The notes: generated from the letters alone by a model not told the origin. DNA of 64,000 nucleotides from Candidatus Spyradenecus sp. (GCA_045535075.1 JAZSKX010000018.1:288001-352000), one strand, 5' to 3'. Counted from the stretch's first letter, positions 20,056 through 30,455 are shown. Made by a program: numbers and translations.

Positions 20056-22005
20056 TTATTGTTTTTTAATGACAATCGGAGACTTTGAAAATTTTTCGTA
20101 AGCACGCAGAGCATCGCGCACTTCGCCCCATTCGCCGGCCTCGTAAACACGTTTATTCATTTGTAATTTTTGCGAATACGAAAGCGATCGCGCATTTGTT
20201 TCAAGCTTACCCGTGAAGCTTGCAGCCGTTCCCGTCACATTTTCCTTTTGAACCTGAACAAGCGCGTCAAAGGGAAGTTCAATTTTTTCCGAAAACTCAG
20301 CCGTACGGGAACAGGAATCCCTAAACGCGTAGCGCCGTTCGTCAATTTTTGTATTTATTTTTTCATAACGCCGCCCCTGAGCGAAAACATTTTTAAAGAC
20401 GATCGGCTCATAAATCAAAATACCTTCCGCGCTTGCCGCATAATTCGGGATTTTAAATTTCGCTTTGAGTTTCAACGGCATTTCGAGATAGCTCCGCCAA
20501 TCGTTCCCAAGTTCGAGACTTTCGATTTCAACATTCGGAGCAATCGCATAAATCTCCCGCTCGATTTTCTGAACCCAGTCTTCGACATAGCCTTCGCAGT
20601 AGGCGCGACGGATCCTTGCATCTGTCTGTCCTTCCGCCTCAAGCACATATTCCGCGTGAAGCGTACCGTCCGCATCCAGTTTCCCCGTAACATTCACGCG
20701 CAAGTAATGATTTTCCGCGGGAGCGACAGGCGTTTTACACAAATCCGAGCCTTCGGGAACGCCCGGCAAATAATGCTGTTGAGATTCTGCGGAAGACCAA
20801 AGTTCCCGCACAAACGGAACCCAAGTCGGATCAAGCGGCTCCCACTTGCCGGCGACTTTCACAAGCGCAACACTGTGGTTAAAATGGTCTGCGGGAAGGG
20901 ATTCGATACGCGATCCCGCCATCGTCATTGCCGGGCAAGCCTCAAAACCTGCCATTCGCAACATTGAAATCAGCAACGCCGCCTTGTCTTTGCAAACGCC
21001 GCAACGATCCGTAAAATTCATATCTGTAGGGTGAAGCGTATAGCCTTCCCCTTTCCCCATCGAAATCCCCGAATAACGCATGTTGTCGGCGACCCAATGA
21101 GTCAGACGCGCAATTTTTTCCCGATCGGTTTTCGCTCCCGCGATAATCTCATCAACCTTGCGTTGCGCATTCGGAGTCGGCAAAAAACTTCCGAAGTCCT
21201 CGTTAACACGATGAAACCAAAGAGACTTCTCCCGCCACGAACGCGTTGTTGTCAGCTGGAGCTTTGGAGCGACATCAAATAAATCCGCCATGTTGTCTTC
21301 TTTCTGAAACGGAAGTATATCCTTCGAAACAAAACGATATTCGGTTTTCCCGTCATCAAGAAAATTTACTTCCGGAACAACGCTTCCCTGGTAAAACTTG
21401 TACTGAAGGGGCTTGCGAATCGCCACGGAATAAACTTTCTCGCATACGGGAGCATCTACACTCCAGAACGGAACGATATCATAAAACTCGCCTCGCATCG
21501 GAGGGATAAATTTTTCCTCTTCCGCATTTCCGCTACCTGCTCCGGAGCCCCCCGAAGCACCGTCGAGCAAGGCGTATGTAAATCCCTTTTTATCAATTCC
21601 GTATTCGAGAACATCTCCTTTTTCGAGACGTCCGACTTCAAGCATAATTTGCCTTGCGCCCCAGTAAATTGCACGTGCCGGAGCCGCATAATCACAAGCA
21701 TTCGCGCAATCGAGCTCCCGAACGCTTCCGTCCGGCTTAATAATTCTCGCAAACGCGAATTCGGCAAACGCCGTAAGCGGATCGTAATCATACTTAACAA
21801 TACGATTCGCCAATGCGCCTTTCTCGTTGTTGATTTTTATTTTTTTGAAAAGGCGAAAAATTCCGCTCCCGTTGTCGGCAACATCGACATGGATTTTGTC
21901 GCTAAGCACGATGTAATCCGCCTTATTCGCAAGCTCATCAAATTCCGTTCCCGCAAAAGCGGAGATTCCAAACAGTCCGACACTCCAAAGCAATTTCCGA
22001 ATCAT
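20056..22005 (-). CDS. secreted DUF3857 + transglutaminase-core protein
   Basis: Triad GVCKDKA / HFNH / LDPTW; signal peptide. Confidence 0.82.
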   Translation of the reverse strand: MIRKLLWSVGLFGISAFAGTEFDELANKADYIVLSDKIHVDVADNGSGIFRLFKKIKINNEKGALANRIVKYDYDPLTAFAEFAFARIIKPDGSVRELDCANACDYAAPARAIYWGARQIMLEVGRLEKGDVLEYGIDKKGFTYALLDGASGGSGAGSGNAEEEKFIPPMRGEFYDIVPFWSVDAPVCEKVYSVAIRKPLQYKFYQGSVVPEVNFLDDGKTEYRFVSKDILPFQKEDNMADLFDVAPKLQLTTTRSWREKSLWFHRVNEDFGSFLPTPNAQRKVDEIIAGAKTDREKIARLTHWVADNMRYSGISMGKGEGYTLHPTDMNFTDRCGVCKDKAALLISMLRMAGFEACPAMTMAGSRIESLPADHFNHSVALVKVAGKWEPLDPTWVPFVRELWSSAESQQHYLPGVPEGSDLCKTPVAPAENHYLRVNVTGKLDADGTLHAEYVLEAEGQTDARIRRAYCEGYVEDWVQKIEREIYAIAPNVEIESLELGNDWRSYLEMPLKLKAKFKIPNYAASAEGILIYEPIVFKNVFAQGRRYEKINTKIDERRYAFRDSCSRTAEFSEKIELPFDALVQVQKENVTGTAASFTGKLETNARSLSYSQKLQMNKRVYEAGEWGEVRDALRAYEKFSKSPIVIKKQ

Positions 22006-22111
22006 GCGTTGATTCTAAAAAACTCCGGAGACGTCGTGCGATTTAATTTTGAAAAGAAAATTCTTCCCCTTCTCTTCTCTCCGGCTACATTTGGCCCCTA
22101 AAATTAAGGAA

Positions 22112-22155
22112 CAACAAAAAACACGAAGGCCGCTCCCGACGGGAACGGCCTTTGT
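22112..22155 (-). terminator. terminator of the alpha operon, stem made of the abundant motif and its variant
   Basis: Minus strand reads ACAAAGGCCGTTCCC-GTC-GGGAGCGGCCTTCGT-GTTTTTTG. Confidence 0.8.
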
Positions 22156-22178
22156 CGTCTAGATTTAGCGAATAATAC

Positions 22179-22682
22179 TTATTCTGCTGCTACAGGAGCC
22201 GGAGCTTCCTCTGCAACGGGAGCTGCCTCCGCGGGAACTTCTTCCGCTTTAGCTTTCTTCGCCGGAGCTTTTTTCGGAGCCTTCTTGTAGCCTTCATCGT
22301 CCGCAGCGATCAGCTCAATGAGTGCCATCGGCGTAGCGTCGCCGATACGCGGAATCGCGAGCTTGTAAATGCGGGTATAGCCGCCGTTGCGGCTCAAGAA
22401 TTCCTGTGCGCGCTTGTTGAAAAGCACGGCAACGGGTTCTTCCTGACGAACCTTGGCGAGAGCAAGGCGATAGTAGTGAAGTTTCTTCACCTTGTCATCG
22501 GTTTGAGCCGCCTTCTTCGCAAGCGTAACAATCTTTTCCGCGAACGGGCGGAGAGCCTTTGCTTTAGCAAGCGTGGTTTGGATACGGCCATGAAGGAAAA
22601 GCGCTCCCGCCAGAGATGCCATGAGAGCCTGGCGGTGTTCTTTCTTAACGCCGAGTTGATAACGGTGTTTGCAGTGACGCAT
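22179..22682 (-). CDS. rplQ: 50S ribosomal protein L17 with Ala/Pro/Glu tail
   Basis: MRHCK...HGRIQTTLAKAK...RNGGYTRI. Confidence 0.97.
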   Translation of the reverse strand: MRHCKHRYQLGVKKEHRQALMASLAGALFLHGRIQTTLAKAKALRPFAEKIVTLAKKAAQTDDKVKKLHYYRLALAKVRQEEPVAVLFNKRAQEFLSRNGGYTRIYKLAIPRIGDATPMALIELIAADDEGYKKAPKKAPAKKAKAEEVPAEAAPVAEEAPAPVAAE

Positions 22683-22716
22683 GATGTTTTAAATTTCTAT
22701 TTTTAATGGTTGAGGA

Positions 22717-23853
22717 TTACTCTTCGTCTTCGTTGCCGTCAACGGTCGGACCGAGATCTTCGGTTGCATATTCTTCGCCGATTTCATCGTCTTCCTCAGA
22801 GATTTCGGGAAGAGCACCGGAAGCGCGCATATCGGCAAGCGCCTTGTGATGCGCAGCAATAATATCGCGATCGATGAGACGTTCGTCGAGCTTCATGCCA
22901 AGCGAAAGGCCGAGCTGTTCAAGTTTCGCCTTAATTTCGTTAAGCGATTTCTTCCCGAAATTGCGATACTTAAGCATTTCTGCTTCCGACTTGAGAGCGA
23001 GCTCGCCCACAGTCGTAATATTCGCGTTATTCAAGCAGTTCGCAGCACGCACCGAAAGTTCGATTTCGTTAACGCTCATATTGAGGAGTTTGCGAAGGCG
23101 ATTTTGTTCTTCGCTGACTTCCTTGCCTTCTGTTTCGAATTCGATTTTTTCATCCGAAACAGAATCAAAGACATCAAGGTGATGACGGAGAATCGCCGCC
23201 GCATCCTTGAGTGCTTCATCCGGAGAAGTCCGTCCGTCCGTCCAAATTTCAAGAATCAGCTTATCGTAGTCAGTCATTTGTCCGACGCGCGTATTTTCGA
23301 CGCTGTAGCGAACCAAACGAACCGGAGAGAAGAGTGAGTCGATAGCGATAACGCCAATCGCTTGGTCGGGAGCTTTGTTTCCTTCCGCCGGGCACCAGGA
23401 GCGACCGACGCGAACGCAAAGCTCCATGCGGAGACGACGTTTCTTGTTGATGGTGCAAATAACCTGATCCGGATTAATAATTTCAAGATCGGAAACGAGC
23501 TGAATATCCTGCGCCGTAACCGGTCCTTCGCGATCAACGTCGATAAGAACGTTGAAAGTGTCGCTCTTGTGCGCACGGATGATAACCTTTTTGAGATTTA
23601 AGACAACATCCGTAACATCTTCAACGACATCGTCGATGGACTGAAATTCATGGTCCACTCCATCAATCTTGACAGAGCAGATTGCTGCGCCCTCGATAGA
23701 GCTGAGGAGCACGCGACGGAGCGCATTGCCCATCGTTTGCCCATAGCCCGTCTCAAACGGCTCTGCAATGAATTTTGCGTAAGTATCAGTCGATACCGTT
23801 TCATCTTTTTTGAGATGTTTCGGTAATTCAAATTTCCCAAGACGTTTTGGCAT
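22717..23853 (-). CDS. rpoA: RNA polymerase alpha subunit
   Basis: EPFETGYGQTMGNALRRVLLSS; ELSVRAANCL; NFGKKSLNEI. Confidence 0.98.
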   Translation of the reverse strand: MPKRLGKFELPKHLKKDETVSTDTYAKFIAEPFETGYGQTMGNALRRVLLSSIEGAAICSVKIDGVDHEFQSIDDVVEDVTDVVLNLKKVIIRAHKSDTFNVLIDVDREGPVTAQDIQLVSDLEIINPDQVICTINKKRRLRMELCVRVGRSWCPAEGNKAPDQAIGVIAIDSLFSPVRLVRYSVENTRVGQMTDYDKLILEIWTDGRTSPDEALKDAAAILRHHLDVFDSVSDEKIEFETEGKEVSEEQNRLRKLLNMSVNEIELSVRAANCLNNANITTVGELALKSEAEMLKYRNFGKKSLNEIKAKLEQLGLSLGMKLDERLIDRDIIAAHHKALADMRASGALPEISEEDDEIGEEYATEDLGPTVDGNEDEE

Positions 23854-23888
23854 TTTCGGTATCTTCTAATTAGATGATTAAAAGTGGA

Positions 23889-24497
23889 TTAGCGGCTGTA
23901 GAATTCAACGATGAGTTGGACGTTGATGTCCTGAGCCATTTCTTCACGAGCCGGTTTGCGATCAACCGTACCTTCAAGCGTTCCCGCCGTGAGTGTGAGC
24001 CACGCCGGAACCGGACGCGTCTGATTTTCTTCCACTCCGCGAGTTGCGAGTTGTTTTGAGGAAGTACGATTGCGGACTTCAATCTTGTCGCCGACGCTGC
24101 AGCAGAAGCTCGGAATGTCGACTTTATGTCCGTTTACGCAGATATGTCCGTGACCGACCAACTGGCGAGCGGCACGGCGCGTATTCGCAAAGCCCAAGAG
24201 ATAGACGACGCTATCCAGGCGCATTTCAAGGAGCGTAAGGAAGTTTTCACCGACAACGCCACCCATGCGCTTTGCGCGGGCGTACGTAAGACGGAACTGC
24301 TTTTCGCCGAGACCATACATGAAGCGGAGCTTCTGCTTCTCATTCAGGCCGATGGAATATTCCGAAGCCTTACGACGAAGCGTGGGGCCGTGAACTCCCG
24401 GAGGATACGGCTTGCGTTCCTCTGCCTTACAGGTCGGAAGAATATTCTGACCAAAACGGCGATTTAACTTACTGGTGGGTCCTGTGTATCGTGACAT
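23889..24497 (-). CDS. rpsD: 30S ribosomal protein S4
   Basis: MSRYTGP...EKQKLR..LEMRLD...IVEFYSR. Confidence 0.98.
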   Translation of the reverse strand: MSRYTGPTSKLNRRFGQNILPTCKAEERKPYPPGVHGPTLRRKASEYSIGLNEKQKLRFMYGLGEKQFRLTYARAKRMGGVVGENFLTLLEMRLDSVVYLLGFANTRRAARQLVGHGHICVNGHKVDIPSFCCSVGDKIEVRNRTSSKQLATRGVEENQTRPVPAWLTLTAGTLEGTVDRKPAREEMAQDINVQLIVEFYSR

Positions 24498-24621
24498 TTC
24501 TGTATTATTTTTGGCGGCTTAATCGACTGCCCGGGTTGCCATTGCCGGACAGGAATAGAAAAGAGCGAGAAAGCCTGCAAAAACCGAAAAGGAATTTGCA
24601 GGCAAAAATCCGTTATTCCAA

Positions 24622-25095
24622 TTAAACGCGACGGCGCTTCGGCGGACGGCATCCGTTATGCGGAACCGGCGTAACGTCCGTAATCGAAAGAACATTCAAT
24701 CCAAGCGATTGAAGTGCGCGGATCGCAGAGTCGCGTCCCATTCCCGGACCGCGAACTTTGACGATAACGTCTTTCAAACCATGCGACATCGCAACGCGAG
24801 CGGCATCCTGACAAACAACCTGCGCGGCAAAAGCCGTAGACTTACGGGAACCGCGGAAATTGCATTGCCCGGACGAAGAGCGGGAAATCACGTTCCCGTT
24901 CGTGTCGCAAAAAGTAATTTTCGTATTATTGAAAGTTGCAAGAATATTGCAGACACCGGTCGTAATATTCTTAGAGCCTTTGGCTCGGCGCACCTTGATT
25001 TCTTCCAAACCTTCGGCAAGCAAATCTTTCGCCGTGATTTCTTTCTTTTCAGGAGCTGCGGGAGCAACTTCTTTCTTGACTTCTTCTTGACTCAT
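24622..25095 (-). CDS. rpsK: 30S ribosomal protein S11 (N-terminal extension)
   Basis: [32 protein letters not shown]. Confidence 0.98.
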   Translation of the reverse strand: MSQEEVKKEVAPAAPEKKEITAKDLLAEGLEEIKVRRAKGSKNITTGVCNILATFNNTKITFCDTNGNVISRSSSGQCNFRGSRKSTAFAAQVVCQDAARVAMSHGLKDVIVKVRGPGMGRDSAIRALQSLGLNVLSITDVTPVPHNGCRPPKRRRV

Positions 25096-25115
25096 TGAAA
25101 GTAGCTTTCTGTTAA

Positions 25116-25487
25116 TTATTTGGAAACGACACCAATCGTCTTGCGCGCGCCCTTACGGGTACGAGCATTGGTCTTCGTGCGCTGTCCGCGAACCGGAAGA
25201 CCGCGGAAATGGCGGAGTCCGCGATAGGATTTGATGGACTGCAAGCGCTTGACGTTCCCGCTGATTTCGCGGCGAAGGTCGCCTTCGCATTTGTAGCCTC
25301 GTTCAACAATATAGTTGACGATTTTGTTGAGCTGTTCTTCCGTAAGCTTGTCGGAACGAAGCGCGGGATCGATCCCGAGAGCGTTCACGATCTCCGTGGC
25401 ACGGGTCGGGCCGATACCATAGATATAGCGCAACGCGAATTCGACGCGTTTGTTATTCGGAATGTCTACACCAAGTAAGCGTGGCAT
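25116..25487 (-). CDS. rpsM: 30S ribosomal protein S13
   Basis: [30 protein letters not shown]. Confidence 0.98.
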   Translation of the reverse strand: MPRLLGVDIPNNKRVEFALRYIYGIGPTRATEIVNALGIDPALRSDKLTEEQLNKIVNYIVERGYKCEGDLRREISGNVKRLQSIKSYRGLRHFRGLPVRGQRTKTNARTRKGARKTIGVVSK

Positions 25488-25589
25488 GGATTTTTATGTT
25501 TTATCGTTTGTTTAGAAAGGGAAAAGTTTGAAAGGATGTCAAAACTTCTCGTAATTTGAAAGAAAAAAAATAAAAAACGGAAAGAAGCC

Positions 25590-26351
25590 TCAGAGTGTTG
25601 TAAGAATTTCCGGTTCATCCTCCGTGATTAGAATTGTGTGTTCTGCGTGTGCAGCGGGCTTTCGGTCTCGTGTTAAAACCGTCCATCCGTCTTCTGCGAT
25701 ATCAATAAGATGGGTTCCCATGTTAATCATAGGCTCAATAGCTAAAGTCATCCCCGGGCGTAGCTTCTCTCCTTTGTGCGGCTTTCCGTAGTTTGGCACT
25801 TGCGGATCTTCGTGCATAGAACGCCCTACTCCATGACCGGTAAATTCTCTTACAATTCCGTAACCGTACGGTTTCACAAACTGTTCGATCGCATGAGAAA
25901 TATCTCCGATCCTGTTCCCGCGCTTTGCAGCCGCAATTCCGGCGTAAAGAGCCTTTTCCGTTACTTCGCAAAGTTTTCGGACAGGTTCCGCAACCGGTTC
26001 AATCAAAACCGTTCGCGTATTATCTCCGACAAAGCCTTTGTAGCGAGTAACGACATCCAGCGAAACAATATCCCCCGGCTGAATCGTCCGACGCATCGTC
26101 CCGATCCCGTGAATAACCTCTTCATTCACGGAAACACAAATATAGCCCGGGAAAACAAGATTGCCGTACCGGTAATTGTGGCTTGTGCTTTCCGCTCCAA
26201 GTTCCTCAATTACTTTGCGTGCGAAATTATCGATATCGTAAGTTGTCATTCCCGCTTCGACGAATTTAGCCGTGCGGTCAAGCACCTGCGCAGCGACCTT
26301 GCAGGCTTCACGCATCAGAGAAATTTCGGTTGTAGAAAGCGGAATGATCAT
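25590..26351 (-). CDS. map: methionine aminopeptidase type I
   Basis: SVNEEVIHGI, GHGVG..MHEDP, IEPMIN, HAEHT. Confidence 0.96.
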   Translation of the reverse strand: MIIPLSTTEISLMREACKVAAQVLDRTAKFVEAGMTTYDIDNFARKVIEELGAESTSHNYRYGNLVFPGYICVSVNEEVIHGIGTMRRTIQPGDIVSLDVVTRYKGFVGDNTRTVLIEPVAEPVRKLCEVTEKALYAGIAAAKRGNRIGDISHAIEQFVKPYGYGIVREFTGHGVGRSMHEDPQVPNYGKPHKGEKLRPGMTLAIEPMINMGTHLIDIAEDGWTVLTRDRKPAAHAEHTILITEDEPEILTTL

Positions 26352-26384
26352 TTTGTAAAAGAACAGAAACGACGATTCGCAATA

Positions 26385-27932
26385 TTACGCAGCAGCAGGG
26401 ACAAGCGTGTAAGCTTGCCATGCGTTAATCCCGTAAGCGATCAGTCCGAGAATGAAAATTCCGAGCAAAACGTAGGTCAAACGCCCAATTCCCTTTTCCT
26501 CGCCGACTTCTGCAATACGGCGGGAACGAGACGGGAGCGGTGTCGCTACGCCTCCGATTCGGCTTTTCTTAAGAAAACCTTCATAATGACGTTGCAGGAG
26601 CAAAGATTCCACCTGGCGCATCGTATCCAAAACAACCCCGACAGCGATAAGTCCGCTCGTCCCTCCGATAACCCGTGCCAAACGCGGGAAAAGGTTGAGA
26701 TTGTAGATAAAATAATCCGGAATTAATGCAATCACCACGAGGAAAATACCTCCGGCAAATGTAAGACGATTCATGACGAACTCAAGATACGCAGCCGTAT
26801 GCTGCCCCGGACGGATTCCCGGAATATAGCCGTTGTTCTTCTTCAAATCGTCCGCGACCTGAATCGGTTTAAACATCACCGAAACCCAAAAGAAGCTGAA
26901 TGTAAAAACAAAAGCTCCCATCAGGAAATAATATACGCTCTGTCCCGGCATCACGTAAGAACTCCAGGGCAGAAGGAAGCTCAATGCCGGAGTCGAAGTT
27001 CCGAGCCACGTCAGCGGCATCGAAAGGAAGGATAAAATTGCTCCGGCAAAAATAACCGGCATAACTCCCGCGTAGTTAACTTTCATCGGAAGGTACGTCG
27101 TCTGACCGCCGTACATCTTACGCCCGACAACACGTTTTGCGTATTGAACGGGAATCTTGCGGACAGCTTGCGTAATCATAACCAGCAATGCACATCCGAC
27201 CACGAAGAGGGCAATCATCCCTACAAATTTCAGGAATGTATACTCCGACGCTCCGGTTCCATCCACGACCGTTTCACCGAAAAGGCCCGAAATAAAAGGA
27301 GAAATCGCTTGCGGCATGTCCGCAACAATCCCGAGAACAATGAGGATTGAAGCTCCGTTTCCAATACCCCGCTGCGTAATTTGCTCTCCAAGCCAAGTCA
27401 TAATTACCGCTCCCGCCGTCAGGATGATTGTTCCCATAACGACAAAAAGCGTTTTATCGCATACGAGAATACTACCCGTAAACTCGTTGATCCCGAGTGC
27501 CCGACCGACCGTTTCCGGATTGGAAAGCATGTTCGTGATCATAAGCCCTTGGATAAGAGCAATTACGATTGTCATGTAGCGCGTGTATTGCGCAATCTTC
27601 TGCTGTCCGTTCTCTTCCTGACGCAGACGAGCCAAGCTCGGAAGCACGGCCCCCATTAACTGCATGATAATCGACGCACTGATGTAAGGCATAATCCCAA
27701 GCGCAAAAATTGCGCCCTTCAGCATTGCCCCACCCGTGAACGCATTATACAAGCCGACGACTCCGTTCCCCTTCTGAAGAAGTTGATCGACGAAGCTCGT
27801 AAGCATCGTCAAATCAATCCCCGGAAGCGGGAGATTGCCACCGATACGGGAGATAAAAATCAACCCGAGCGTAACAATAATCCGATTCCGGAGTTCGGGA
27901 ACGCGCCAGCAATTAAAGAAGGCCGAAAACAT
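26385..27932 (-). CDS. secY: preprotein translocase SecY with C-terminal hydrophobic extension
   Basis: FALGIMPYISASII, WLGEQIT..GIGNG, AGVMPVIFA, IPGIRPG. Confidence 0.98.
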   Translation of the reverse strand: MFSAFFNCWRVPELRNRIIVTLGLIFISRIGGNLPLPGIDLTMLTSFVDQLLQKGNGVVGLYNAFTGGAMLKGAIFALGIMPYISASIIMQLMGAVLPSLARLRQEENGQQKIAQYTRYMTIVIALIQGLMITNMLSNPETVGRALGINEFTGSILVCDKTLFVVMGTIILTAGAVIMTWLGEQITQRGIGNGASILIVLGIVADMPQAISPFISGLFGETVVDGTGASEYTFLKFVGMIALFVVGCALLVMITQAVRKIPVQYAKRVVGRKMYGGQTTYLPMKVNYAGVMPVIFAGAILSFLSMPLTWLGTSTPALSFLLPWSSYVMPGQSVYYFLMGAFVFTFSFFWVSVMFKPIQVADDLKKNNGYIPGIRPGQHTAAYLEFVMNRLTFAGGIFLVVIALIPDYFIYNLNLFPRLARVIGGTSGLIAVGVVLDTMRQVESLLLQRHYEGFLKKSRIGGVATPLPSRSRRIAEVGEEKGIGRLTYVLLGIFILGLIAYGINAWQAYTLVPAAA

Positions 27933-27957
27933 TCGTACGCGTCATTCTGCCGCCGAA

Positions 27958-28425
27958 TTATTCAGCGGCGGCTTCTTCTACAGAGCAGGAAAGGACTTCG
28001 ACTTTCCCGCCGGCAGCTTCAATCTTAGCCTTAGCGGAATCGGAGAATTTTTGTGCCGAAACCGTAACGGCTTTCGAGATTTCGCCCATGCCAAGCACTT
28101 TAATGAAAAGCTCGTTTGCACGAACCAGCCCGGCACGAACCATCGCATCACGATCAATTACATCGCCTTCAATTTTCGCGAGCTGACCGACATTGACAAC
28201 CGCAAATTCAACGCGGTTGACATTACGGAAGCCGCGATGCGGAAGCTTACGATAAAGCGGCATCTGACCACCTTCAAAGCCGGGGCGAACACCTCCGCCG
28301 GAACGGGCTTTCATCCCTTTGTGCCCGCGACCGGAAGTTTTTCCGTGTCCGCTTCCCATCCCGCAACCGAGACGTTTATGACGGTGCGTCGAACCTTCAA
28401 TTTTAGGAAGAGTGTGAAGTTTCAT
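27958..28425 (-). CDS. rplO: 50S ribosomal protein L15
   Basis: GKTSGRGHKG..ARSGG..GFEGGQMPL. Confidence 0.98.
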   Translation of the reverse strand: MKLHTLPKIEGSTHRHKRLGCGMGSGHGKTSGRGHKGMKARSGGGVRPGFEGGQMPLYRKLPHRGFRNVNRVEFAVVNVGQLAKIEGDVIDRDAMVRAGLVRANELFIKVLGMGEISKAVTVSAQKFSDSAKAKIEAAGGKVEVLSCSVEEAAAE

Positions 28426-28453
28426 TTTAACTATGAACTAAATATATTATTAA

Positions 28454-29068
28454 TTACGAGCGCGAAGCACGAATTTGTTCGAGCGTGCGCAACTTGCAAA
28501 GCCCGTCAAGCGTCGCCTTCACGAGAGCACCCGGATTATTGGAACCAAGCGACTTCGAAAGTACGTCTTTGACTCCCGCAACTTCGAGCACCGCGCGAAC
28601 TCCGCCGCCGGCAATAACACCGGTACCGGGTGATGCCGGGCGAAGAAGAACCTGACCTCCGTCATGAGAACCAAGGACTTCGTGCGGAATCGTATTGTTA
28701 CGGAGCTGAACCGGGATCAAATTCTTGTGAGCACGTTCCGTGCCCTTACGAATTGCATCCGGAACTTCTTTCGCCTTACCGTAACCGATGCCGACATTTC
28801 CTTTCCCGTCACCGGAAACGACCAATGCAGCAAAGCTGAAGCGACGTCCGCCCTTAACAACCTTAGCACAGCGATTAATGTGGACAACCTTGTCGATGTA
28901 CTCGGAAGCTTCCGCTTCCTGGCGAGGAGCACGACGATCATTACGACGACCGCCCTGACGACCGTTCCCGCGACCGCGGGGTGCCTGTTGGATGGGAGCT
29001 ACAGCTTCCGCCGCCGGCGTTTCAACCGGAGCAACTGTATTTTCAGGAGCTGAAATTTCTTGCGACAT
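28454..29068 (-). CDS. rpsE: 30S ribosomal protein S5 (N-terminal extension)
   Basis: [24 protein letters not shown]. Confidence 0.98.
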   Translation of the reverse strand: MSQEISAPENTVAPVETPAAEAVAPIQQAPRGRGNGRQGGRRNDRRAPRQEAEASEYIDKVVHINRCAKVVKGGRRFSFAALVVSGDGKGNVGIGYGKAKEVPDAIRKGTERAHKNLIPVQLRNNTIPHEVLGSHDGGQVLLRPASPGTGVIAGGGVRAVLEVAGVKDVLSKSLGSNNPGALVKATLDGLCKLRTLEQIRASRS

Positions 29069-29077
29069 GGTAAATCC

Positions 29078-29443
29078 TTAGAATTGAAGTCCTGCTTCGC
29101 GGAGAGCTTCCGCGAATGCCTTGACGGTTCCGTGATAGCGACGACCCGCACGGTCAAAAACGATGGCGTTAACACCGGCCGCTTTCGCCTTTTCCCCAAA
29201 AATCTTTCCGAAAGCTTTTGCACCCGCAACATTCGGAAGAATTTTTTGGGCTCGCAAATCTTTTTGAGTCGTAGAGCCGCCAAGAATGGTGCGCCCTTCG
29301 CCATCGACAATAACTTGCGCGTGAATGTGGAGATTCGTGAATTTCACAACCAAGCGCGGACGTTCCGCCGTGCCCACAACCGTCTTACGAATACGATAGC
29401 GACGGCGTTGCAAAAGTTTAATTTTTCTGTCGTTCTTTTTCAT
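29078..29443 (-). CDS. rplR: 50S ribosomal protein L18
   Basis: GTAERPRL; VFDR..YHG; REAGLQF. Confidence 0.97.
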   Translation of the reverse strand: MKKNDRKIKLLQRRRYRIRKTVVGTAERPRLVVKFTNLHIHAQVIVDGEGRTILGGSTTQKDLRAQKILPNVAGAKAFGKIFGEKAKAAGVNAIVFDRAGRRYHGTVKAFAEALREAGLQF

Positions 29444-29463
29444 TTATCAGAAAACGTTAGAGA

Positions 29464-30000
29464 TTATGCGGTTTTCTTGCCTTCCTTGCGGAGGACGAAT
29501 TCACCGACGATACGGACGCCCTTGCCCTTGTACGGTTCAACCGGTTTGAATGCCTTGATGTCAGCAGCAACCTGTCCGACGACGCGCTTGTCAGCTCCGG
29601 AAATGTCAATCTTGACGCCATCCGTAATGACGACCTTAATCCCTGCGGGAACGTCGTAAATAATCGGATGGGATTGCCCGAGAGCAAGATCCAACTTGTT
29701 CCCGCTGAGCACGGCTTTGAAGCCGACCCCTTGAATTTCAAGTTGTTTCGAATAACCTTCCGTAACACCCTTAACCATATTGTTAACGATGGCACGAGCC
29801 GTCCCGTGCATAGCACCGGCAAAGCGCGTATCATTCAACGGGTTGACGTGAACAAGATTTTCTTCGACTTTGATTTCAACACAATCCGCAAACGTTTGCG
29901 AAAGTTTACCCTTGGGACCTTCAACGCTAACGGTGTTCCCGTCAACAGCAACTTTCACGCCCGCGGGAATTTGAACAGCGATTTTACCAATTCGACTCAT
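29464..30000 (-). CDS. rplF: 50S ribosomal protein L6
   Basis: MSRIGK; EPYKGKGVR. Confidence 0.98.
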   Translation of the reverse strand: MSRIGKIAVQIPAGVKVAVDGNTVSVEGPKGKLSQTFADCVEIKVEENLVHVNPLNDTRFAGAMHGTARAIVNNMVKGVTEGYSKQLEIQGVGFKAVLSGNKLDLALGQSHPIIYDVPAGIKVVITDGVKIDISGADKRVVGQVAADIKAFKPVEPYKGKGVRIVGEFVLRKEGKKTA

Positions 30001-30027
30001 TGTATTGTCTCCTTGTTGTACGGGTTA

Positions 30028-30423
30028 TTACCAAACCTGAGCGAGGATTTCGCCGCCGACCTTTTGTTGGCGGGCTTCCGCGTCGCTGAGAATACCTTTC
30101 GAGGTCGTGAGAACGGAAATTCCCATCCCTCCGATGACTTTCGGAATATCGCTATAGCCGGTATAGATACGACGTCCCGGTTTCGAAATACGGTTGATTT
30201 CCGTAATAACCGGCTTTTTGCCGTTATATTTCAGGGTGATTTCGATGACGGGAAGTTTGTTCTTCTCCGTTTTCGTAAAATCTGCAATATATCCCGCTTC
30301 TTTGAGAATACGGGCAACGCCTTCGCGAACCGAAGACCATTGAGCAGAAACGCTTTTCAGACCTGCGTGACTTCCGTTACGAATAATCGTAAGAAAATCG
30401 CCTAAGGTATCATGAGTAGCCAT
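30028..30423 (-). CDS. rpsH: 30S ribosomal protein S8
   Basis: ISKPGRRIY; TTSKG; VGGEIL. Confidence 0.98.
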   Translation of the reverse strand: MATHDTLGDFLTIIRNGSHAGLKSVSAQWSSVREGVARILKEAGYIADFTKTEKNKLPVIEITLKYNGKKPVITEINRISKPGRRIYTGYSDIPKVIGGMGISVLTTSKGILSDAEARQQKVGGEILAQVW

Positions 30424-30455
30424 ATTAAATTTTTCCTGTATTTGCGGTTAATAAA

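Noticed and set aside
18382..22005. Recent horizontally acquired island (appears more AT-rich)
   Set aside because: Carries many copies of the host motif and has no integrase, tRNA or flanking direct repeats.
25488..25589. Hidden rpmJ or infA between map and rpsM
   Set aside because: The 102-nt AT-rich spacer has no MKV..CxxC-type ORF and is too short.
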